Virus record (IMG/VR): IMGVR_UViG_3300046779_001188
Location: 3,492-67,491 of that record
From: a virus
Taxonomy: Duplodnaviria; Caudoviricetes
Length of the DNA: 64,000 nt
Reading direction: 5' to 3' (one strand)
Part shown: in pieces, positions 59,501 to 64,000 of the stretch
Layout: each line of letters starts with the position of its first letter
Position numbering within the stretch: the first letter of the stretch is position 1
The notes under the pieces: generated by a model
Told to the model about the DNA's origin: nothing
What the model saw: only the letters and a program-made list of their open reading frames with translations
Database searches by the model: none
Translations under genes and position numbers: made by a program

Positions 59501-60384
59501 ACGTTATTTGGAAGAACCCAAGTTCCAGTTCCGACATCAAGAGTTGCTTGACCTAGAAGGTCACCATTCTTTGCATAGACACCCATGCTGATTTGAGTGG
59601 TGGTATCTGGAACATCAATTGTTACTGGCTGAGAGCCACTGATGTATACGGCATAACCTTGAATAGGACCATTGCTACCCATGTTGGTGATATAGGCACC
59701 ATTTGTAGCAGTAGTAGTTCTTACTTCTAAATCATTAGTAGTTACTTGAATCCCTGTAGATGATGTGTGCTGAGTTGCACCATCAAAAGTTTCTGTGGTT
59801 GTGGTGGCTGTGGTAGTCGAGGCATCAGCTGCTGCTTGAGTTGTTGTAGCAGTTGCTTGGGCTTGAGCCACATCTGATGTTTCTGTGGCAACTGCTGTCT
59901 GTGCGCTAGCTAGAGTAGCGTCTGCAATATTTGAGACGGCGATAGCGGTCTCTGCACTTGTGATTGCTTGAGCTGCAGTTTCGGTTGCAGTTGCTGCTTC
60001 TTGAACAGCTGTGACAGCCGATTGAACAGACTCGGTGATTGAAGTGGTTGGTGTAAGAGAGGACGCAACAGTTTCTAGTTGGTCAACTTTTGTCTCTAAT
60101 GCTGTAACTGTAGATTCCGCTGTTGCTACTGCGGTTGCTTCTTCAGCTAATGGGTCCTGCGTAGACTCCACTGAAGTCGCTTGTGGGATCACCTCCGACG
60201 ACGCATTTGATGTAGTCGTTGTATTCGGGTCTGTGTTCGGCTGAACCCCCTGACTAACTTCGTCGGCTTGTGCAGATGTCGGAGCTATAACTCCGTACAA
60301 GAAGAGGATAACAGGACTTGCAGCAATTGATATTCCAAGTCGTGTAAAAAATCTTTTCGTCGTTTTTGAAATGTGTGCAGCCAC
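56542..60384 (-). CDS. Secreted/cell-surface protein with PA14, FN3 and SUEL-lectin-like domains (1280 aa)
   Basis: Sec signal (basic N-region, hydrophobic core, AQA|D); Thr/Ala-rich helical stalk; [12 protein letters not shown]...[10 protein letters not shown]; APTNL...LTWDAP; AWYGDP...[12 protein letters not shown]; (PE)n linker; hydrophobic Ala/Val C-terminal segment and basic tail. Confidence 0.85.
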   Translation of the reverse strand: MAAHISKTTKRFFTRLGISIAASPVILFLYGVIAPTSAQADEVSQGVQPNTDPNTTTTSNASSEVIPQATSVESTQDPLAEEATAVATAESTVTALETKVDQLETVASSLTPTTSITESVQSAVTAVQEAATATETAAQAITSAETAIAVSNIADATLASAQTAVATETSDVAQAQATATTTQAAADASTTTATTTTETFDGATQHTSSTGIQVTTNDLEVRTTTATNGAYITNMGSNGPIQGYAVYISGSQPVTIDVPDTTTQISMGVYAKNGDLLGQATLDVGTGTWVLPNNVMYRLGESNPTHTSTETYTAPDGRTIQKVVFPADGDIYIIDNITATTGGVSDPALTAAAQTAAATLATEQTQLTQAQTTLATAQDVAAMSTAAETTAIATAESSTTQAVTATDNAALSVAQSQITVVTEAASQLQTRLDAVVTSAQDLTPTTAVTEAINTATTQLAEANTAIQNATNAVATVTELTSVASTLDTVTAVVAEKTEVATSAAEAVDAQIVVVESATATQTAAQTVVDANTSTGLTVEVYAVNNPGSQPNWTPDTATPITTYVDTNGISEQWGGGAVAGTTRSEDVVVIWSGQWTPQQTGWTALLPDADDGTRLYIDGQLVLNDWVDKGGGGSIVDILTTAGEARTFEFWYYENGGGAAVTLFELVNNQWQVVSSDQFSTSSATPAQLAALQAATSVVVAETATLSTLETAETAAQTDLTAAQSNLQTVQAAVEALPAATTTAETLAQVAVNETIEAISAVSAAETVVVQTTEAQATIGAPTNLVVTPLGNGSVQLTWDAPVGSEVPVERYAVSWSANGSGWGVASTGTSITLDAQLFESTGGWGTNYTFSIRSDNDSRAKYSQNSNSVSVTLSDPTPAPVVPQGASTLPEGMGMEITAPEGKRIASITAWYGDPNDGSRGVEVSAQLTQAFAGSTSANIVSSNEFGDPAPGTVKTLIFVVAYEDTPAPLPQPEPQPQPQPEPQPEPTPVDPTPEPQPEPTPEPEPEPQPEPTPEPEPEPEPEPIPVEPEPVEPEPVEPEPTPEPEPEPEPEPQPEPQPEPEPTPEEPPAPEPTPEPTPEAVIDDALADGKLTAEEKVAVVEAILEDLKPGEALSSEQLVEAGLTYEDLPPETPVDVRTDENGNPVVITAEVAAALVLLENPAELIGEIFSDPGQVLLALGSIGADMSEEEREEAEKAVVATVVAAGAAIQAAAGAAATAAAGSSGGSSGGGSPSGGGSSPRGGGDGGAPVGREGGTKPKATRRPKTTTKKPTTPRKAK
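57145..57470 (-). repeat. Pro-Glu/Gln/Thr dipeptide low-complexity repeat
   Basis: (PE/PQ/PT)n linker encoded by degenerate 6-bp units. Confidence 0.85.
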
Positions 60385-60464
60385 GGATAAGCCTCCAGCG
60401 CATAGGCAAATACAGGCTTGTCCGAGCCTGCTGTAGTCCGTTGTCCAATCGGATTTACAGGTTT

Positions 60465-60473
60465 ATTGTACCA
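60465..60473 (-). promoter_or_regulatory. Putative extended -10 box
   Basis: TGG-TACAAT on the - strand upstream of 60384. Confidence 0.5.
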
Positions 60474-60476
60474 ATT

Positions 60477-61157
60477 TCAACTGTCCGCTAGATGGGATAA
60501 TTCCTTTTCGTAAGACAGAAAAATGTGTCTCACAGTTGCTGCATACCACTCATCGCCACCGCGAGTTGGTTTTATTTTGTCGTTATTCAAACCTTTAGCA
60601 ATGTTTCCATATGAAACACCTGCTTTGCGCTCGTCATAGATTCTCTGACGAATAGTGACATCAAGCGGTGATTTAGGACCAATATTGACTCCCCATACGT
60701 TGCCTTTGTCTCTACGGTCCTTGTGAACGTCTTTCTGACGCAAGGAAATCATTCCGCGCTCCATCTCTGCCATTGCAGACATGATGGTCACAACAAAGCG
60801 TCCCTGATATGTTCCAGTATCTAATCCAAGATCTAGAAGTGCTAGACGCCATCCGTATTTATGTGAACGGTCAACAATGCTGAGAAAATCTCGAGTTGAA
60901 CGAGCAAGTCGATCAAGACGAGTGACAAAAAGTGCTTGCGCTTTACCACTATCTAAATCCTCTAATGCTTTACGCAAAACAGGTCGTCCACTAATACTCT
61001 TACCTGATTTACCTTCTTCACGAAGAATTACAGCTTCATACCCTGCTAGCTCTGCAGCAGCAATTAGTTGACGCTCCTGAGCATCAAGAGAGACACCTTC
61101 ATCTGCCTGCATCTGAGTAGACACACGGGCGTAGCAATATGCAATACCTTCACTCAC
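60477..61157 (-). CDS. Small serine recombinase (resolvase/invertase type) with short C-terminal DNA-binding domain (226 aa)
   Basis: YARVST..Q...SL.AQ, TRLDRLARS, AEMER..I..R; C-terminal SY..IA..LN...W...TV..I. Confidence 0.9.
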   Translation of the reverse strand: MSEGIAYCYARVSTQMQADEGVSLDAQERQLIAAAELAGYEAVILREEGKSGKSISGRPVLRKALEDLDSGKAQALFVTRLDRLARSTRDFLSIVDRSHKYGWRLALLDLGLDTGTYQGRFVVTIMSAMAEMERGMISLRQKDVHKDRRDKGNVWGVNIGPKSPLDVTIRQRIYDERKAGVSYGNIAKGLNNDKIKPTRGGDEWYAATVRHIFLSYEKELSHLADS

Positions 61158-61873
61158 GGAGCTACTCGACCATTCTCCACAAATGCTTGGTGGGTCAAAG
61201 GCATTACTTCTTTGAAGATGTCTTCGTATCGCTCAGCGACCATCTCAATCTCCCGCTGAGGGAACGATGGGAATCTTTGGCCTTCCACGTTCTGGCGGAG
61301 GCTGAGGAAGTTCATCAAAGCACGAGAGTTCATAGTGACGTAGGCAGAGGAGTAAATGTTGACAGGTAGAACTGCACGAGCAACTTCACGAGCAATACCT
61401 GCATCTAAAAGTTGCTGATAGTACTGGTAAGACTGAGTACTGCTCTCAACGAGAGCTTCGTGCATCTCTTGATACTGCTCTGTAGTTCCATGCTTGAAAA
61501 TGTAAGCTCCAGCTTTTCCAGTTTGAACTAGCTTTCGATTTCCTGCTGGAACATAGAACTCTGGTTCTAGCTGACGGTATCGACCTGATTCCTCGTTGTA
61601 GGAAGCCATACGGTGACGCATATGCTCACGCCATACAAAAATGGGAGCCTTGACGTAGAAAGTGAAGTTCGAGTGCTCGAACGGCGAACCGTGACGGTCT
61701 CGCATCAAGTAGTTGATGAGGCCGTAGTTCTTCTCCATTTCTTCCATAGAAAAGCCACCAGTCGAATCCAAGGAGCGTTCTCCCTGAGTTGAGACTCGAG
61801 CAGCGTAAACAATGTCTTGGTCAGAAGCACTGTGCTTGATCAACTCAACGGTGATATCGGAACTAAACTGCAT
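61154..61873 (-). CDS. thyX: Flavin-dependent thymidylate synthase (239 aa)
   Basis: HGSPFEH, ThyX motif RHRMASYNEESGRY, REVARAVLP, NSRALMNFLSLR. Confidence 0.95.
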   Translation of the reverse strand: MQFSSDITVELIKHSASDQDIVYAARVSTQGERSLDSTGGFSMEEMEKNYGLINYLMRDRHGSPFEHSNFTFYVKAPIFVWREHMRHRMASYNEESGRYRQLEPEFYVPAGNRKLVQTGKAGAYIFKHGTTEQYQEMHEALVESSTQSYQYYQQLLDAGIAREVARAVLPVNIYSSAYVTMNSRALMNFLSLRQNVEGQRFPSFPQREIEMVAERYEDIFKEVMPLTHQAFVENGRVAP

Positions 61874-62270
61874 CTTCTTCTCCTAGTTTGTGGATGTGAA
61901 GCTTTCCGTCTTCCATCATCTTTTGAATAAACTCTCCAGCCATCTCATCCATGAGACGCCTGTTTTCAATGGCCTCTGGGGTGTTCGGGTTGTATGCCAT
62001 CTCTGCAGCATGCCAGCCTCGAACAGTAGCGAGGGCTTCATCAACTGAGTCGAAGTCCTCGCTACGTCCTTGGCTACAGAAGACGTAAGAGTAGATATGC
62101 ACACTCTTTATCTTCAAGTCGGTTGGGTTATCAGAGCGGTCCCAGTAGTTGCCATACTCCACATGAATATAGCCCTCTGAAGACTTGCAATGTCCTTCAT
62201 AAGAGAAGTAGTGCTTGTAAGCCTCATCTAGTAAACGGCTGATCTCGCTCAGCTTCTCCAAGTCGTTCAT
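61863..62270 (-). CDS. Hypothetical protein (about 135 aa)
   Basis: Start refined to ATG 62270 via TAATG overlap. Confidence 0.7.
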   Translation of the reverse strand: MNDLEKLSEISRLLDEAYKHYFSYEGHCKSSEGYIHVEYGNYWDRSDNPTDLKIKSVHIYSYVFCSQGRSEDFDSVDEALATVRGWHAAEMAYNPNTPEAIENRRLMDEMAGEFIQKMMEDGKLHIHKLGEEDAV

Positions 62271-62509
62271 TACTCTGTTTCCTTGGCCTTCTTCTTCTGC
62301 TGAGCTTCTTTGCGCTTCAGCCATGAAGCTGAGGCTCTCTTTGCTTCCTGCTGAGACTTAGCACGGCGGAAAGCGTCGAAGAAAGTCTTGACAATTGCAA
62401 AGAGCAAAAGCAAGGCGATTCCGACGATGATGACCACGAGGATTGAACCAATGAGGAACAGTCCTAAGTTCCAAGCGAGTTGGAACGGTGCTTGCCAATC
62501 GATGTTCAT
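62270..62509 (-). CDS. Small membrane protein (79 aa)
   Basis: ATG 62509 with GAAAGG RBS; long hydrophobic helix followed by a basic tail. Confidence 0.75.
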   Translation of the reverse strand: MNIDWQAPFQLAWNLGLFLIGSILVVIIVGIALLLLFAIVKTFFDAFRRAKSQQEAKRASASWLKRKEAQQKKKAKETE

Positions 62510-62511
62510 AG

Positions 62512-63015
62512 TTAGCCTTTCGTTTCTGGCTTTGGTCGCATTACAACCAAAGCACTTGGGAAGGGAGCCGCGTTGACTGCCTGCCCAAACTTGAGTCGTC
62601 CACGGATGTAGCGGACTTCGTGATGGATACATGAGTCATGGAACCAAGCGGTGTCGGTTCGAGAAGGAACTAGGCAAACCACGGTTGCCCCCTTCTTTGA
62701 CTCTTCGTCTGCCTTACGCATCCACTCCTTGATGGTCTTTCCATAAGGAGGGTTGAGCCAGATGACTCCACCTTTAGCGTCAGCGTGCCAGTCCATAAGG
62801 AAAGCATCGCGTTTGGTTTCGTCTGGATGATCTGGTCCATACCAGTTGTCAGGTACCAAAGTCGAAGACTGCAAAGCAGCAGCGTCCAAGGTGAAGTCAA
62901 ACTCCTTGGCTACCTTTGCAAAGTAGTCACGGGGAGTTGCCCATGTGTCATCCATAGATGACATTGCTGTCGAGCTGCTGTAAAAGCCTGTACTGGCTTC
63001 GTATGGTTCTGTCAT
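62512..63015 (-). CDS. Phage DNA N6-adenine methyltransferase (phage Dam family) (167 aa)
   Basis: DDTWATP, FTLDAAA, catalytic WLNPPYG, LVPSRTDTAWFH, IRGRLKF, APFPS. Confidence 0.9.
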   Translation of the reverse strand: MTEPYEASTGFYSSSTAMSSMDDTWATPRDYFAKVAKEFDFTLDAAALQSSTLVPDNWYGPDHPDETKRDAFLMDWHADAKGGVIWLNPPYGKTIKEWMRKADEESKKGATVVCLVPSRTDTAWFHDSCIHHEVRYIRGRLKFGQAVNAAPFPSALVVMRPKPETKG

Positions 63016-63022
63016 GGTCCCT

Positions 63023-63052
63023 ATCTTATAGCAAGTTAGTTCTAAGTTGCAA
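63023..63052 (-). promoter_or_regulatory. Putative promoter, likely leaderless, for the methyltransferase
   Basis: TTGCAA-N18-TAAGAT, then 7 nt to ATG 63015; no SD. Confidence 0.5.
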
Positions 63053-63122
63053 TACCTTTATAGCATCTTTATGTAGATTCATAAACTTCACTTATTGTAC
63101 GGTACGGTCGATTTTCGTACAA

Positions 63123-63512
63123 TTAGCGCGTAGATGTGGTTGGGACTGTGTAAGTAATCTCTCGAGTCTCCCCATGAGTACGACCTTTCAACAGTCGACG
63201 CTTGACGCAGTATTTGGCTCCAAGTTTTGTCATGGCGTATCCGCTGTACCTGTCATAACGCCAATACGAAGGTTCATCTTTGAAAGCGCTGATTCGGAGC
63301 TTAGGGAACTTGACCTCCCAATGCCACCCAGTACCGCCGTTCCACTTGTAGATTCGAACCACAATCTGGTCAGTTGTCTCGGGGGTTATGCCATCCGTGT
63401 AGTAGGGCTCGGAGGCTTTTGGTTTGCGAGCCCGTTTCTTTGGTGCAGGAGGGGCTGTGAAGTCTGTAATCAGCAGTTCCTCAAGGTCTTCTTGAAACTC
63501 TTTAGATGTCAT
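63123..63512 (-). CDS. Hypothetical protein (129 aa)
   Basis: Start refined to ATG 63512 (MTSKEF...), preceded by GGGAG within the repeated motif. Confidence 0.7.
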   Translation of the reverse strand: MTSKEFQEDLEELLITDFTAPPAPKKRARKPKASEPYYTDGITPETTDQIVVRIYKWNGGTGWHWEVKFPKLRISAFKDEPSYWRYDRYSGYAMTKLGAKYCVKRRLLKGRTHGETREITYTVPTTSTR

Positions 63513-63672
63513 TTTTCCGGGCTCCCATTCCGTATATCCCAGCAGGGCTGGCAGATCCAAGCGTTGAGTTCAGGGGTGTAAAGGTGACGAGCCCGCTTTG
63601 GGAGTTTGGCTCCACATTGAGGGCAGAAGGAAGTGGCAAGTCTAGATGCCATTTTTCCGGGCTCCCGTTCCG
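63503..63672 (-). repeat. 30-bp direct repeat (63503-63532 and 63643-63672, 2 mismatches) covering two gene starts
   Basis: - strand CGGAA(T/C)GGGAGCCCGGAAAAATG(A/G)CATCTA. Confidence 0.85.
63509..63652 (-). CDS. Small zinc-finger protein missed by the ORF track (47 aa)
   Basis: MASRLATSFCPQCGAKLPKRARHLYTPELNAWICQPCWDIRNGSPEK*; GGGAG RBS; ATGA overlap with the next gene. Confidence 0.7.
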   Translation of the reverse strand: MASRLATSFCPQCGAKLPKRARHLYTPELNAWICQPCWDIRNGSPEK

Positions 63673-63792
63673 CTACTTCTTGCCGTCGAGCATGATGAGG
63701 CGTGCCTGAAAAGTGGCAAGGGCACGGATGATGATGCTGAGGAGGCGGATGGAGTAGGAAAGTGGGGTGTAGCGATACTTGTGCTTCGACAC
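63673..63792 (-). CDS. Small basic hypothetical protein (39 aa, GTG start)
   Basis: MSKHKYRYTPLSYSIRLLSIIIRALATFQARLIMLDGKK*; GAAAG upstream; stop abuts the repeated start motif. Confidence 0.45.
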   Translation of the reverse strand: MSKHKYRYTPLSYSIRLLSIIIRALATFQARLIMLDGKK

Positions 63793-63841
63793 GATTTTTA
63801 CCGTCTTTCTGTCATTTTTTGGGGCAAAACTGCTAATTCAC

Positions 63842-63870
63842 AGAATAGCCCGACACGCTAGTTATTGCAA
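63842..63870 (-). promoter_or_regulatory. Putative sigmaA-type promoter for the leftward small-gene operon
   Basis: TTGCAA-N17-TATTCT on the - strand. Confidence 0.55.
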
Positions 63871-64000
63871 GGAAAGTCTATTACATCATTTTCAATAAAC
63901 GCAAACTATTTTACGTTTATTGCAAAGATTCATGCTAATTTGGTAGAACCACTTTGCGTGTGACTCAAATCACTAGTAAGGTGGTTTTTCATAACTGAAT

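Noticed and set aside
60477-61157. Recombinase as a prophage integrase or IS607 transposase
   Set aside because: It is too short for a large serine integrase, has no N-terminal MerR-like HTH or tnpB partner, and no att site or host genes were seen.
49568-63560. ORF-track starts at 50812, 62324, 62632 and 63560
   Set aside because: They over-extend into upstream genes; downstream ATGs with an RBS or stop-start overlaps (50770, 62270, 62509, 63512) fit better.
62958-63861. + strand ORFs 62958-63581 and 63646-63861
   Set aside because: They are antisense to a coherent - strand operon with RBSs, overlaps and a promoter, and show no protein-like motifs.
1-64000. tRNA/rRNA genes and alternative genetic code
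   Set aside because: Intergenic gaps are short and showed no cloverleaf by eye (tRNAscan-SE not run); long ORFs tile the window under code 11.

Overview
The whole window reads as part of a large, probably lytic, long-tailed (siphovirus-like) bacteriophage genome in the standard genetic code. The host is probably an actinobacterium: there are two WhiB genes, ThyX, leaderless-type starts and actinophage-style tail and replication genes. The GC content looks moderate by eye, which suggests a low-GC freshwater lineage (inference). Layout: (1) 1-10.9 kb, + strand: core tail module (chaperone end, tape measure, repeat-expanded Dit and hub, fibre with S74 chaperone). (2) 10.9-21 kb, +: replication/recombination/regulation (family A polymerase, RuvC-like, SNF2 helicase, Cas4-like nuclease, Sak4-like ATPase, DUF669 SSB, possible glycosyltransferase, DUF6378, two WhiB). 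(3) 21-51.6 kb, -: a flavin halogenase, a GT2-TPR glycosyltransferase and a methyltransferase directly downstream of about 25 kb of fibre/adhesin genes. These include seven GPT/GAT collagen-like ORFs, two ALK-like Gly-rich domains, a cupredoxin-like domain, a beta-propeller, a CBM and a subtilase. (4) 51.8-64 kb: primase-helicase (+), then on - TerL, a TerS candidate, a secreted PA14/FN3/lectin protein with a small membrane partner, a serine recombinase, ThyX, an N6-adenine methylase and small early-type genes. Best candidates for new biology: a phage Thr-collagen fibre glycosylation/methylation/halogenation system; a twice-repeated adaptor plus swappable-tip gene cassette; and a host-surface-displayed lectin with a coupled membrane partner. 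No CRISPR array, rRNA, tRNA or IS element was recognised. All family assignments come from motif recognition by eye, with no database searches.
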